DNA of 63,993 nt, the filler included, from Perkinsus olseni (Eukaryota): assembly GCA_013115125.1 (NCBI GenBank). It is 6 parts of 6 records of this genome, joined end to end, with 100 filler letters (N's around TTAATTAATTAA, not from the genome) between each part and the next. Parts side by side here need not be neighbours in the genome. Positions count along the whole stretch, not along the records: positions 1 to 11,012 come from JABANN010000845.1; positions 11,113 to 22,120 come from JABANN010000846.1; 4 more parts are not named here. One strand, written 5' to 3'. Both the position numbers and the translations under genes were made by a program. The notes under the pieces were generated by a model. It ran no database searches and was not told the DNA's origin. It was given only the letters and a program-made list of their open reading frames with translations. Positions 1-13,599 of the stretch are shown here, piece after piece. How positions within the stretch are numbered: position 1 is the first letter of the stretch; every line of letters starts with the position of its first letter.

Positions 1-960
1 ATGCGTACGATGAATGTGAGGTTGTTGACTGAGCACCAAATGCCAAGGAAGGAGAGAAGTTCCAGCTACCTTGGCTAATGTGGAGGAGGGTCAATTGCTC
101 AAGCAGTGCATTTCTTGCTGAGACGCGGTGACACGGAGATACGCGTGTGCCGTGATGTCGGTAACCTCGTGCGCTTCGGATAGGGGTTGGAGGAAGCAAA
201 GCCGAATATATCTTCGAAGCTTCTCTTGGAGCACATCTCACATTGCGAGCCATAATGACCCAACTGAGAAACTCAAGGTTGGAAAAAGCCAACAGTGCCG
301 ATGTCGCCATTTACACCTTGCTCGAGGGGAGACAAGGCACTTGTTCATACCGCGTGCGTTATCTATGAGTTCACTTCGGCCTACGTCAGACGACGAGTGC
401 GACCTCCTGTAGCAGTCAGCTCACCGTCACTCAGAAACGCAGCGGATTACATGAATAGCGCGGTGTGCGCAGCAGACGTGCTAGGAGCCACTAATGTGAA
501 AACTATCTCAAATACGCAAAGCGAATCCGGTCAGATCAGCCGAATCTTCGGGAAAGCAGCCCAGCCTTCACAGCAACTTAGTTGACCAGATGGAAACAGG
601 TTCGGCGGATTGTTCATATCACTGCCAGCTTGGCAGTGCCAGGAAGTCAGCGCGGACCGCCTGCTCTACCTGTATAGAGATTCTCTTTAACTCAGGCTCA
701 AGAGAATCGTTCACATTACTGTCATTAGAGGGGAGGTATCATTAAGACACTACCTCGGTCTCTCAAGGTGCCCCTACCGAGGTCTATGGGTTGCCCAGCA
801 TTTCGATACCGAATTTACCAAAGACTCAATAGGTATACCGGTCTGATTAATGAGCTCGCTATGTACCGTCACTGTTGGTCCATCGAGAAAGGGCTCGGTC
901 ATTCAGCTGTCACCGAAAAAAGTCCTTATCCGAGGGCTGTGGCGAAAAAGAAGTGAGCGC

Positions 961-1356
961 TTACTGTGTCCCCTGCTTCTTGAAGGTGACAGGCGTCAAA
1001 GACTCGAACCCATCAAACTCTGTGGTAAAGTGTAGCATGCCTTCGTAAAGAAAAACCAAGCGGAGCCCGACATCCTCCCTCACATTCTTCGGCATTTTCT
1101 CGAGCACACTCTCGGCGATGTCAAGCTCGCATCCCTGTCCAGCGTCCTGTACATCCACCATACTATAGGGGATGTTCTCAACACGGTACGGGCTACCGGC
1201 GTAGTTCAAGTTCATGTCAAAGTGAGTTCTAGTGAACTTGAAGGAACCAGTCAGCTTCGAAGGACCACTGTTCTTGACAAATATGCCGTCGAGGGGCTCG
1301 CAAGGGGCCGCCTGAGTAGCTCTAATGAAGAAGATGATGGACAGGAGAGAACGCAT
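961..1356 (-). CDS. Small secreted protein, lineage-specific family A (copy 1)
   Basis: Intronless 131-aa ORF with a signal peptide (MRSLLSIIFFIRATQA^APC) and two Cys; aligns along its length with 2340..2726. Confidence 0.8.
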   Translation of the reverse strand: MRSLLSIIFFIRATQAAPCEPLDGIFVKNSGPSKLTGSFKFTRTHFDMNLNYAGSPYRVENIPYSMVDVQDAGQGCELDIAESVLEKMPKNVREDVGLRLVFLYEGMLHFTTEFDGFESLTPVTFKKQGTQ

Positions 1357-1794
1357 TCAGATGGTAAATGCCTGTATGAGATCGTAGTCATGTGAATCGA
1401 GAATATTCCTCCTCCCAGGTGGGGAAGGATGTAAGAGTGCTCCGCGAGGGGTTCTCTAATTCCTCGCACTCACTGAGAGGGCGATCCTGCTGGCGGTCCA
1501 TTTCATGGCGTGACGTGGCGAGGAGGTGCCCGCGCGTGACGCGTTGATACCCCACGTCGCCACCGGCCCGGAGGTGGAGCAGGCCGTCGCCCCGCAGCGG
1601 CATCGCCACCACTCTCCGATATCTGCCTCGGATCTCCGAGTATCTTCTCAAACTGGCCCGGCTGAGTGGGTGTGCGCTGAAGGGTCTCCCCGAGAATGCC
1701 AGACTGCGGTTCACAAGCACGCTTTCGAGGGGAATCGACTGCGCGCGCGTGCGATGGGCAACACTGACTCATGATAGGATGAATCTCGGCCTGC

Positions 1795-2130
1795 AGTGAA
1801 TTGATGCAAATTGGTCCAGCTAGGGCTTTTCAAGTGCGATGCTTGCGTTGGCTCAGTCTTCCACCGTTGTCCCCATGTGCAACTCAGGGAGTGTCACCGG
1901 CGTGCTGCGAAAGAGCCCATTCTATACCAGAGCTCCTCATAACCAAAAGCTAACACCATATTTTATAGCGGACAGTATCAGTGGCTGATGATCAGTCCCG
2001 CATGGATCTCTCTCGGATAAGGCGGAGAGTTTCTTCAAGGTCGAGAAACTCCGGTCTCAAGCTACCCACAGAGTTGTCGTTCATCCGCAGCTTGACAAGA
2101 GAGAAAGGTCGCGGTGGTATGATGAGTATA
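1795..2130 (-). pseudogene. Degenerate copy of the 3' exons of the SDS22-like gene
   Basis: IIPPRPFSLVKLRMNDNSVGSL (~2055-2125) matches TVPPLPPSIVELWMNDNSVENL (~4843-4908); the NLHQ segment near 1800 matches ~4600. Confidence 0.5.
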
Positions 2131-2339
2131 GCGCGGTCAACTAGGAGCCAGTAGTTCAGAAGCGGCCTTGCCGACTCTATTGATAAAGCACCCAACATCA
2201 ATTGTTTGAATGATAAGCTGTTTATAAACTTTGATAATATGGACCGATGCTTAGCACAAACCACAGCAACGCGGGGTTCCTATGTGGACATTAACATAGG
2301 ACGAACCGTGATCACGAGTTTGCCATGATCACCATGACC

Positions 2340-2726
2340 CTACTGCATTTTGAACACTGCAACGGTTTGCGTTGCCTGACCTTTGAACTTTACCGGAAGC
2401 GTCAGAGAGCCTTTGTTGAAGTAGAGCAGTGGGAGCCCCACATACTCTTTGACTGGCTTGGGCAGGCGAACCAGCACATCTATAGCGATGTAGACCCAAC
2501 ATCCTAGCTCAGTATTGTGTTGATCCTTCATGTCATATGGGATAGACCCGACGCGATAAGATGTACCATTGTAGGTCAAGTTCATGTCGAAAGCAGACCT
2601 GGTTAAGTTGAAGTAACCCGCTAGGATGGGTGGACCGCTGTCCTTGACGAAGACACCATCGAGGGGATTGCAAGGCGCCGCCCCGGCAGTGCTGATGACG
2701 AAGATGATGGGGAGTAGGAAACGCAT
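2340..2726 (-). CDS. Small secreted protein, lineage-specific family A (copy 2)
   Basis: 128-aa ORF with a signal peptide; the motifs APCxPLDGxFVKxSGP, FDMNLxYxG and YRVxxIPY are shared with 961..1356. Confidence 0.8.
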   Translation of the reverse strand: MRFLLPIIFVISTAGAAPCNPLDGVFVKDSGPPILAGYFNLTRSAFDMNLTYNGTSYRVGSIPYDMKDQHNTELGCWVYIAIDVLVRLPKPVKEYVGLPLLYFNKGSLTLPVKFKGQATQTVAVFKMQ

Positions 2727-4520
2727 TCGGGAACTGAATGTCTCGGTGAGGCCGAGTTACAAATATCGGCTGCAAAGGGAATAATACAGCAAAGAGATGT
2801 GTCAAATTTCCAGCACTGAGTGAGAGAGCAAGCCCGTCGCTAGTTAAGACATAGTATGGCGTCGTACGCGCGCGCGTTCACTTTCCACGTCACCACAGCC
2901 GGGCGGTGACAGGTTGTCACCGATCGCCTCTAGAGAATAACTCGACCGTATTTTAATAACTTGACAGCTTTGGGCCTCGGATGACGCCCCGTAATATCCT
3001 CACCTGAGATTGTCTCGAGCTCTCCCGCTGACTCAGAACCCGTGAAAGGATCAATGCGGTCTTTTCTCGTGAAGACTCTGGTGGGCAATTCTCCCTTTCG
3101 AAGCTAAATCTCTCGGTGTCCCCAAGAGAGTGTGGACTCGAGTATTGAGGACCCGTTGGCTGCTTTACAGCGCTCGAGTGCCTGAGAGCACGGTCGGCTC
3201 CCATCGGCCCGCCACTGCCTGCTCGTTCAGCTTGGAAGTTCCAAGTTTGAAAGAGAAAGCGCTGACGATCGCCTCATCGACTACGGAGGCTATTCTCTCC
3301 ATATCCAATCCCCCTCCCGTCAGCAACTGCGTAGTTGCTCAAAGACTATGCACAATAGTCAACGGGTTGAGGTGGAATGAGTACAATTTTGTCTCTAAGT
3401 TCGCTTGGAATGAGTTTATCAAGAGGCTCCTCACTAATAGTTGGCTGCGCTAAAGGCACATGAACAATTACCAATAAACAAGGCTGGTGTCGCCAGCTTC
3501 AAAAAAGACAGAAATATCGATCGGCGATAACGTCGAGGATGAGGTACCGGGTCAGCTCATCAAATAAGATTGTGGTCAGAGTTAGAGTACCAATTTTTCG
3601 GCGCGTGGCTCAGGAGAGTACGACTCGGAGAATCTGTGTCCAAGGATCGACAGCGTAGACAGGGTGACGTGCCGTTATTGTATGCTACTGTGCACCCAAA
3701 CGCTAACCGCGAGCCCTGCGTTCGGGTGTAGCGGGATGGGCTATATCGACTGAGGATCCTATTCGCGGCTCTATTAACCGTCTTGTTGTTTTGAGCGTTG
3801 CGTCGACTCCAACACACGATATGTTGCACAATGATTCGCACGCATGAACACGCACACACTACGTAACGCGCCTGTCATTTAGGAATTCAACTGGGGCTAG
3901 CCAGTTGCCCTGGTAGAACGATAGAGTAACGCGTAGCACGGAACCTGGGCTGCGAACGTGCTATGTGTGTCAGGCACTTGCATATCAAAGCGCGTTCAAA
4001 CCTCAGTACTCCACGGCATCCAGGCGTCGACCCGCGACATGCTCCGCCTCGAACCCCGCCGCTTATGATACGCCGCTCGCGCGCACGGCTTATATCTCGG
4101 AAGGAACGCGCAGTGAATGATTGCTGGCTTCTGGCGCTACGGCAGCACTGCTGTCCTGGTAACGGGCCCGACTCCGACGTACGGGCTGTCGGTTTTATCA
4201 CATTTTTCCTCGATCAGGAAGGTTACCTCCCTGAGGCACACGGAGGCCAGGCAGAACGCTTAAGGGTTAGGGAGCTGCAGACGGTATAGAGTGTCCGGAA
4301 AAGTTAATTTGCTAGCTGCTCTCCCTGTCGCATGACACTCTTCCGTTCCCTGAGGACTCGCTTAAATCATCCACAGTAGGCCTTAGGTGATCTTTGAGCT
4401 CGAGACGTCGTCCAGAGCTCTTCCTTCATCGACTTGTCGACTTCCGCTGGCAGGGTGTGACAAGAACGCAAGGTTTAATACGCGGATAAGCTATATGAAG
4501 GCAGTTGGCCTCATAGGCAT

Positions 4521-6043
4521 TCAGTTTCTGTGCTTCAAAATACTATGCGAAGTATCTTGATGTGTCCACTTGGGCTCTGCGCCAAGCTCAGTTGCATCCA
4601 GTTGATGCAGGTTAGAGCAGGCAGCGAGGATTTGTGAGCGATACCTGAACGATCAGTGTTGCTGGCAATGAAGTGAATCATCACCGAAGCATGTCATAAA
4701 GACACGCTGGAATTAGAACCAAGTCGAGAAAGACGGTGAGACTTAGAACTTACAGTGGAGGAGCATCAGTCTGGCATGGATTCCGCTCGAGATAGACGGT
4801 GGCAAGCTTGGGGAGTTTTTTCAACGCCTCGCAAACTGCCGTCAAGTTCTCCACAGAGTTATCGTTCATCCATAGTTCGACGATAGAGGGAGGCAACGGT
4901 GGCACCGTAGTCATTACCTGATAGCCACTAATAAAAATATACTTACGAAAGCAGTCAGCGGTGATTTACGTTCCCTGCTAAGTCGAGCTCCCACAGCTTT
5001 GGCAACTGCGCCAGTACAACTGAATCGGCGGCCAACGTGGGCATTTGGTTGTGCGCGAGGTGCCTGGTAGACACGAATTATGGAGGGCATGCTGCTAGTT
5101 CATGCGATAATACGTTCACTGGACCGCTTTAGGACTGTTCAAAGCAAAACACCGACTCTGTTCACTCACAGCTGCTCAATATTCTTGGATTCCAGTATTG
5201 AATGCTGGCCTTCAGGAACAGCCCAGCTAGTTACACGATTGCTAGACATGCTCACTATCTTCAGCGACTCGGGTACCTGCATGAAGTTGGAAAGAAGATG
5301 GTAGGCTCCGAGAGAGGCAAACTCCCAGCTCACTTCGTCACACTCTAAAGACTCAATCTTGTTCCTGCCGATCCACAGCTCCTCGAGCTTCGGCAAGTTA
5401 CGCAAGTTGTCTATCTTCCGTATCTTGTTGCTACCCAGCTCCAGTAGGACAAGATTAGGTAGGTAGGGTATGTCCTCCATAGTCGTTATCTTGTTGTTGG
5501 CCAAGTACAGCTTCTCCAAGTTAACCAAATTCGATATACCCTGAAAGAGCGCCAAGACAGATCCTCTCGTGGTCTTGTCATTCAGTGTCTTGAATTCTCA
5601 CCTCAATTTTTCTTATTTTGTTGAAGCTCAGGTCGAGTACTCGCAAATTCACCAAATGGTTCAAATTCTCCATTATCCGTATATGGTTCTGATAAAGCTC
5701 CAGATGTTGCCTGAAAAGCACCAAGAGTTACTCCTGGCTGTTGCGACAAGCCAACATACAACTCTTTGCATTCCTCAAGACCCTCGATCTTCTTTATCTC
5801 GTTTGCGATCAGCTTCAGCGACTTCAATTTTCGACCTAAGATTTGGTTAAAAATAGTTCAGCCCCTCCGCTACCACGACCTACACTTTTCGAGGTTCTCC
5901 AGTTTCCCCACTCGCAAGTAGCTCACATCGATCTCCTCCTGATCTTCCGTCAGCTCCACGTCCTCACCCAACCGGTAAATTGTTGGGCCCTCCTCACTGT
6001 TAGGCTCAGCGGGTGGAACTTGTAAGACCGGTGGTGTTGACAT
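4521..6043 (-). CDS. SDS22: SDS22/PPP1R7-like leucine-rich repeat protein (multi-exon)
   Basis: Exons read MSTPPVLQ...YRLGEDVELTEDQEEID, LDLSFNKIRKIE, LEKLYLANNKITTME, LELGSNKIRKIDNL, then an LRR cap YLERNP...YRSQILAACSNLHQLD; stop at 4521-4523. Confidence 0.85.
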
Positions 6044-6247
6044 TGATAATAATCAAAACTTTCTCTACCGGACGCAGTTCCAATCCAGGCATCCCTGAAA
6101 CTCGAAGCTGGATACATCAACCTCGCAATATGACTGTTCATGCTTTGAATGTGTAATAGCAGCTTCATAATAAACATCTGCATGACACAAAGGAGCCTTC
6201 GGCCTCAACGGTTCCTCTGCACTGAGGTGGTTGAAGCTCGCAGTGGC

Positions 6248-9200
6248 CTATACTCGTCGTTCCAACTCGGGCTCGTGGAAGGCGGTCTCAAAGGACCTCG
6301 GGACGTTAACAACAGGCCTCTCCGGCAGGGATTCGCAGTTCGGATTAGCACTCGGGCACTTGCCGAAGCCAGGACAACAGTCATGCTGGGATGAACGGAC
6401 TACGATAGTGAGCCACGCACTGTAGGACTTGAGGACTTGACTGAATTCAGCCTGGACGTACCTGCAAGGTTCGAGACGTCGTTGCCACTGGGAGCCACTA
6501 CGTGGACTCAAGCTTACTGCACGTAAATTCGGTGACTTTTATCCACCTCGTACTTACGCACCGCTGATGTCACTGTTGGAGGCCTGAAGAGACGAAAAGG
6601 CTGACGGTGCGGAAGGAGTTTCGTGCAAAGGCTTCACTGACCCAGCTTGGTCGACCAACTTTTGAGCAGTTGTGGGCCCCAGACAGGCTTCGACTAATGC
6701 AACAACCAAGGCGTAACTGCACTTCGGCTAGCCGAGATCGATGAGCGCCAAGGGTCGAGAGTACTTGGGGCTGTCCTGATGCGAATCCTCAGGTATGCCG
6801 AAGTCCTCTTGCAGGAATTCTCTGAACGCTGTGGAGCAGATCTCTCTGTTCCTGCACTAACAGTACTCCCCTTCCACTTTGCACTGTGTACAGACTTACA
6901 CTCGGTAAGCGTGGACGATTTGAAAAAGGAGCACGAGCTGGTATAGCTTTCTAACCAGCGGACACCAATGAAGGAGCATATCGGGGCCGTGTTTCTCGTG
7001 AAGGAGAATGCCCGACACTATAGCCTCGCGGTGAACGCCGCCAAACGACTGTAAATTCCGGTATCTGACACTGAGCTATTGAGACAAACGACGCCAGGGA
7101 CCGCTCCCTACAAGAGCCACAGGCACTGCGCTTTGGTGGAAACAATATCACTCTGGACAAGAATACGGCGTATACCAATGTTCATGAAACGATGATCGAA
7201 GTTGTCCGGGAGTACAGCGAAATGAACCTGGGAGGCTCTGATGCTGCAACCCGAGGTCGAAGTCGAGAGCTGAGCAGCTAACCGTCTGTGATAGAATGAG
7301 CTTCCGCCTAATCGACGCCGACATCGAGTTAGTGGCAGTCTGCTGTTGACCCCCGTTCTCGTTCAACGCGTTGTTGGCGTTCCATCTGCAACACGCAACG
7401 CCACAGCAACTATATGGAATCAACTCGGATGGCAGCCTACTGTCTAACCACGGTGAGCCAGAAGTCCGCGTATGTGAGAGCGTCGTATACGCTACTTTGG
7501 ACGTACACATTAGTCCCTGAGGGGAGGGAGGATCAGATAGATCCGAAGTTGTAGCCTACGTATCCAGCAGGCCTTTATAAATGCACTCAACAATCTCGGG
7601 TTGACAGCAAGGAGAGCCCCACAGGCAGAGACCAGGCCATCAGGCAGCCCAGCTGGTGTGGAGGAGTAACGCTGGAGGTCGAGGACGACCGCTTTGACCA
7701 ACCATACGTATCTGTGACATCGCTGAGTGATAGTGAACGCAAGGTAGAAAAAGGATGAGATCAAGAACGGCTTATGACTCATAAGCCGTTCTTGATCTCA
7801 TCCTTTATGACTCATAAGTTATGAGACCTTCGGAATGAACGGCTAAGAGGCAGGTGCGGGAGCACTGTATACCCGGGTATTGTATGCCACTGTAGCGCTC
7901 TAGAAAGATTGGCCCCTCCGAGGGTCTGACGGACGTTCTTGGTCCAGTTGATAAGGAAACTGTTGAAGCACCTCGTTCGTAGACCTACACGAGGGCGGCT
8001 ACAACGCCTCGGAGGTAGGAGAGAAGAAGAGGGTACCCATGAGGCGACGCCATCTAGCATCCTCGAAAGATGACCTCCGCCCCGTACGCTGTTGCTGAAC
8101 ATGCAGATCGTGGAGGAGGGACTCTCGCCCCCAGTAGTTGTCGACTAGCTCGTGAAAGGAGGACCAGTCTAAAACTAGCTTCAAGTCACATACTGGATAC
8201 CTGATAGAGGCCTTCACACAGCTGCTATCATCATCAGCTACTCACCATGCTTGGTTCATTCGTAAGGACACAGCATCGACGTCAAACGCTGTGCCTGATG
8301 GCAGTGCTCAGCCCAGTGTACTGGAAGGGTTTTCGTACCTCTCCATTCTTCGGCGCTGATGTGCTGATTTTGATCTCTTGGTGGGAGGATGGCAGACAGC
8401 AACTCGAGACCGAACTTGGGTAGACGGAAGTAGAGTATAGCCATCAGGACGGCTGAGGACACCCTATATGTCGGGGGGGGGCAGTCGTGTCCGGATCTCT
8501 CCGTAGCCCACTCAGGTATTTCCGGACGTCCACATTGGGCTCAACCTTGTGGTTCATCCAAGACAAAGTATGGTCGAGCAGCTTGTGGAGTAACAGCCAG
8601 ACTTGACGACATGTCCTCATCTTGCGATGAACCAGCAGGACAGCGCGCGCTTCATCACGGGTCAGGAGGCGGCTCTTCGGTGATGATGATGCTCTAAGGG
8701 AGGGTATGAAACCAGGGAATCAACAGTCCCAGCGAGGGAGGCTCATCACCCGGGTGGAGATCTGCTAGCCGGCTGTGTTCCAGATCTGCATGCAAACGCG
8801 ATAAAACGGTCTAGCATACTGGTACGAGCCTTCATTGAACCTTCGAGGGAAGCATGCCAGGGAGGCGACGGGGACTAGCGGAGCACCCTTGAATCGCTCA
8901 AGCCTCTTGCCAGCAGGAGCGGGGTTAGTGGACTCCTCCTCGATAGACTCCACACTGTGTCGCCTGGTTAGGCCCTTCCCGCTGACGATCTTGGACATTT
9001 CAACGCCTAGGGATGATCGCTCGCGTGAAAGTTGAACTCCCTCAGATACCCAGCTCGACATCCTCGCAAAGCGCACTGTGCAACCGTGGATATTCTCTTT
9101 CGCACCGCCTCGCCAAATGCTTCAACAGAGCAATCTACCCCGTGACTGTTGCGCTTGACAAGTCTCACGGATACTGTACGTCAGTTGGTTCTAGCCTCTG

Positions 9201-10885
9201 TATTTTGCTAGACGGCTTCAGTGAATCCTTGGCAGCAGTAACGGAGCCTGCTGAAAGGATCAGTGAAGACGGATGCCGGCTGATGACAGGACCCACCGGA
9301 CTGGTCACTCGCCACGAGGTCGGCAGCCCGAGCCTTGTTTATAGCGCTGCATAGGAGACGCCAGTCGGGCGAGGAGTGCCCGTGGGAACCTGATAAGGAC
9401 GAATGGGGAAGAGAGGTGACTAGGATGAAGCTACGGGAATCCGCTTGTACGGTGGCACCAGTGAGGAGTGTCTCTGGCAGAAGCATCGGGAAGTCGATCT
9501 CCTGTCGTCGGAATATGAGTTGAAGCACCTCGAAAGTAAGAAGCTCCACTTGGGTCGATGAGCAGGACTAGCCCCTCAGCTTTACAGCGTAGTAGGACTG
9601 CTGAACCTCCCAGGGGAGCTTCTCTGCGTGCTCGAGGATGTGATTAGCTAAATTGATGAATACATGTTGAGTCATAACAAGGGAGTCCTCAGAAGGATAC
9701 ACGAATGACCTCGACTCCTGAGCCTGAGCGGAGGCCTCTTGCCACGCCCCAGTTTGTGAGGAAAACCTAGGTCACCGCTGCATCGCCACTATCAGGCATC
9801 GAACTGTTGAAGGCGTCACTTCGGCAAGCCTTGAGATCGCGCTGGATCTCCTTCAAAATGCGCTGTCGATCCGTGGTGGTGGAAGTCGAAGAACCTTGTA
9901 GTGGGTCCTAAGCATGGCCGATCTGAGGATTCACCCACGATGGCCGAGCTTCCTTCCGAGCTCTCGTGCAGCACTCCTAGTCATACCCTGAGATATAGCA
10001 GGTATTAATTCTGGATGGGGACTCCATCTACCTCCACCGGTATCGTCGCCGCCGTTGTGATGGTGGGCGTGGATCTATACTGCGGGGCCTCGAACATGAG
10101 CTCAAGGAGCTTCTTATGGTTAGACGCTATGCTACGTACCTTCAACGGAGGGATGTGAGACTATACCGATGAGAGGACCGACCTGTGCTGGCAGGTCGGC
10201 TGTTATCCTGTTACCGCTGCCCTCATCATTCTCATCATCGAAGTACATGAGGTTATCGAAGTCGACCAAGCGGCTAACCTCACCGAGAATGATCGGCGAT
10301 ACACGCTGGATGCCACGTTCGGTCCCTGAGGAGCATCAAGGTGATGGGGGTCCAGCGGTGAGATTGCTTACTGACACCTGCCGCCAACTGCGACAGAACC
10401 GGGTTGTTCTGGAAGACGAACACGCATGCTACAGTACCCACGATATGGCCAGCGTGCTGGAGATGGCCTTTGAACCTGAAGACACCGATGCCCAGGGACG
10501 GCGGCATGCGCGGTGAGGGGAGGCCTCCTCACACTGATGCCTGGAAGTGATGACGATCCGTAAGCTGCTCATCTAAAGGGGTTCCATCAACAGCTGCTGC
10601 CATAGTGTCCACCAGATGCATCGAGGATCGACGCATGCCCGATATAGTAACAGCGGAAGTGGTCGAGGAGACTGGGGCGTTGCGGTCGGCTACTGAAGCT
10701 CCTGACAGGCCACGCGAGAATCCGAAGTAGAGATGTCGAACACAGAACGTTGAGCCTACTGACGATCTTTGAGAAAGGCACCCACGTCTCGCCGAATATC
10801 CTCTCTGTGTCCCCGCCGCCCTGAATGGCATCACCAGACGTGGTCTTGGTACGATCACGGCAGTGTGCCACGATTCTGAGGTCAT
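6248..10885 (-). CDS. Large multi-exon hypothetical protein (boundaries approximate)
   Basis: A series of minus-strand coding-like exons with GT-AG ends, e.g. SSAVLMAILYFRLPKFG, FNSFLINWTKNV, FDHRFMNIGIRRIL. No family confidently recognised. Confidence 0.5.
7750..7806. repeat. Perfect palindrome, 28-bp arms, 1-nt centre
   Basis: aaaggatgagatcaagaacggcttatga-c-tcataagccgttcttgatctcatccttt. Confidence 0.97.
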
Positions 10886-11012
10886 GGAGGAGAGAAGTCA
10901 AAGCTGCTTTACATACCTAATATGATGGCGATTGAGGTTCTCTAGGGTAGTCCGGAGCTGTATTATCGGCAGAACGCTCTCATCTAGTACCTAGGCACGA
11001 ATGTTCAGCAAT

Positions 11013-11112
11013 NNNNNNNNNNNNNNNNNNNNNNNNNNNNNNNNNNNNNNNNNNNNTTAATTAATTAANNNNNNNNNNNNNNNNNNNNNNNNNNNNNNNN
11101 NNNNNNNNNNNN
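11013..11112. other. Artificial contig linker
   Basis: N44-TTAATTAATTAA-N44. Confidence 0.99.
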
Positions 11113-11810
11113 CTGGACATGTTCCAACTCGCAAGGCGGCATCACAAGCGAATCACACGTGCGGAGGCTGTCCCCACCTCCTCAAACACTTGAGGTGGGT
11201 TGGGAGGTGGGGTTGCCGCTTACGGCAACTTCAGGTCCCGCGATGACCGTCTTCAGACGATGCTTCCAAGGTCGCCAGACGAGGCCTCCACACCGCTGTG
11301 GTACAGCGCTTGTAACGTCCTCGAGATGTCGCGGCCGCTGTTGGGCTCCACTCCCTTGAGGGTTGCGACCGAGGGGTATAATGTAGTCAGAAAGAAGCTT
11401 CATGGATGAGGAGCGAGTGGGAAGTGTCCCCTAGCGAACTGATGCCGGACGACCACAGATAGATGACCGCATCTTTTGTGATCGCTGGTTGAAATCGTGC
11501 TGGTCGTTGTGGTGACACCCAGCGGGTCGTCCGGGACACCCTCCCGGACAGGGCTGCCCTGGCATGGCATGTACCGTCGGGACAGTCCCGACCAGGTCAA
11601 CCCGCGTATTCACCTATCGACTGCGATGGATGGTTTTGAATAAAAATGAGGAAGGCATTGCTGGCAAACGAAGGGACACGAAACAACTTTGTCGAACCAA
11701 CTCGCTCAAGGGATTGTCAGGGCCAGCTACCCTAGCAAGCGCGCCGTGGGGCGGGTATTGTCCCACTGGCTCAACCTCTGTCTCATGAAGCCGCCACCTC
11801 ATGCTCTTCC
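11113..11810 (-). mobile_element. Decayed LTR-retrotransposon integrase remnant
   Basis: Frame-broken motifs in integrase order: VCQQC, RVDLVG, CGRPASVR, GRNPQGSG. Confidence 0.55.
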
Positions 11811-12553
11811 CTCTAGTCTGCTTACTCCACCTTTAAAGTCTCGAATTTTACCGAAATCAGGCGTATGAAATGTAGACCGCTTCGCATTTGAGCTACCTGA
11901 GTCAGCCGCTCGATGGAAGCCTTCCTTTCACATCGTGCTGTACATGATACATTCGTCACGTTTCTCAGCACGAAGGGCGCCGGCCGTCACAGCCCGACCA
12001 GTACTCGCCTCGCTGACCGTTTATGATAGATCGCTGCCCACTGGTCGGCTTCTACGGTCAAGCAACGCACGTGGACACTCTCTTTGTGCCAGGCCGCCAG
12101 GTCTGAGATCAGGGTTCTCACGAGCGTGTTAATGGATGAGCATCCACCCGCTAGCCTCATTGCTGTCCCGCAGTGCCTCGCGTGACTCTAGCGGGCCTAG
12201 TACGCGTACGCTCGTTGCACTTCGATTTCTGTTCCTCATTAAGCGCCGGTCGCTTCTACTCGCCTTCTCACGCGACACATTTCACCATCCATACCAGACA
12301 TCTCATTGATCTCAGGAATCTTAGTAGTCTCAGGAGAATATTCTCTCCATCTTTTGTCATTCGGCATTGATGAGCGAAAGACTTTCGGTACCGAAGAGTT
12401 TCCGACTTCTCTAATTCAAACTTTCGGGAACAACAGCCTCTCATCTCGAGATAATCTCCCATATGCCTGACGTACATTGGAGTCCCAGATGCGGCAGCTT
12501 CTCTCTGACTCAACTATTCCCTATGGCTAGGTACTTTTTGCCCTCCCTCCCGT

Positions 12554-13287
12554 ATGACAATCATTCAAACGTTGCTGATCTCAGCTCTACTACTCGCCTC
12601 TGCGAACGGTCAACTGCCTGGTTTATATACTACCGACCCTGCACCAGGTTTCTTCGCGGCGATCAAGATTAACGAGGATAAGTCCTTGACTCCGTCAACG
12701 ACGATACAAATCTTTATGCCGGACCGTATGGTTTGAGTCGGGTCTCTCTATCCGGCGAGAACTCCATTGTCGGCGACGTGCCTGCAGAGATTAAGCAGAG
12801 ATGCCCTCATGTCGGTCTTGCCGATGGTGACTTTCACATTCTCCACTTCGAGGCTAGTACGCTCACCGTTCCCATTGAAGGTGAGACCAGGGTCTTATCG
12901 AGACATTACGCAGCCCCAGAGCACGGTTACAGGACTCAAGCGTTGGATATTGAACTGAAGATTCTTGATGGTGTCCAGGGGACTATGACTTTCATATGCG
13001 GAGCGAATAAGGCTTCGAGGATCTCTGCGCATCTCGACTATAACTTCGATGAAAGCAAGTATGAGGTGGAGAAGCTCTCCAAGTGGGAGGTACTCAGAGA
13101 CAACCTGCAACGCTCTTGCGGTATAAGCCTGTCGACGGATGACTGCCGGACTGTGGTCTTCAATACCCCGACTACGGCTGTGACTCAGTTCAGAGGTGCG
13201 GTTATCACTTTTCATGAAGAGAGTACATCAGCCGAAGGATTCATAGGCCTTTTGATACTACTTTCGATATTCGGCATCTTTCGTTAG
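12554..13287 (+). pseudogene. Two-domain Cys surface protein, family B; frameshifted, with a GPI-like tail
   Basis: The signal-peptide ORF at 12554 shifts frame near 12685 into ...YAGPYGL...IKQRCP...CGISLS; hydrophobic C-terminus GFIGLLILLSIFGIFR; homologous to 20340..21077. Confidence 0.7.
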
Positions 13288-13599
13288 CCACATTCTCCAG
13301 GGCAAGCAGTGCGGCCTGCAGTGCAGGCGTGCTCGAAGTTTGGTTATGGATCCACATCAGTGACGAGTCCTCATGATGTTCGTCACGATGTAGATCTGAC
13401 ATTTGGCACCAGAAAATTTTCTAGTGGGGATGTCGTTAAAAATTTCTGTTAAAGTAGCTCAGCCAGTTCTGTAGCACATTTTTACTTCAGAGCTTAGACG
13501 CCCCTCTCACTATTCAGTCAGGTTCCGTTACCTTGGCATTGTTGTTCTCTCAACAGCTTTGCCAACAGGAACAACTTCGTGGCTACGGCCGCTCGGCGT

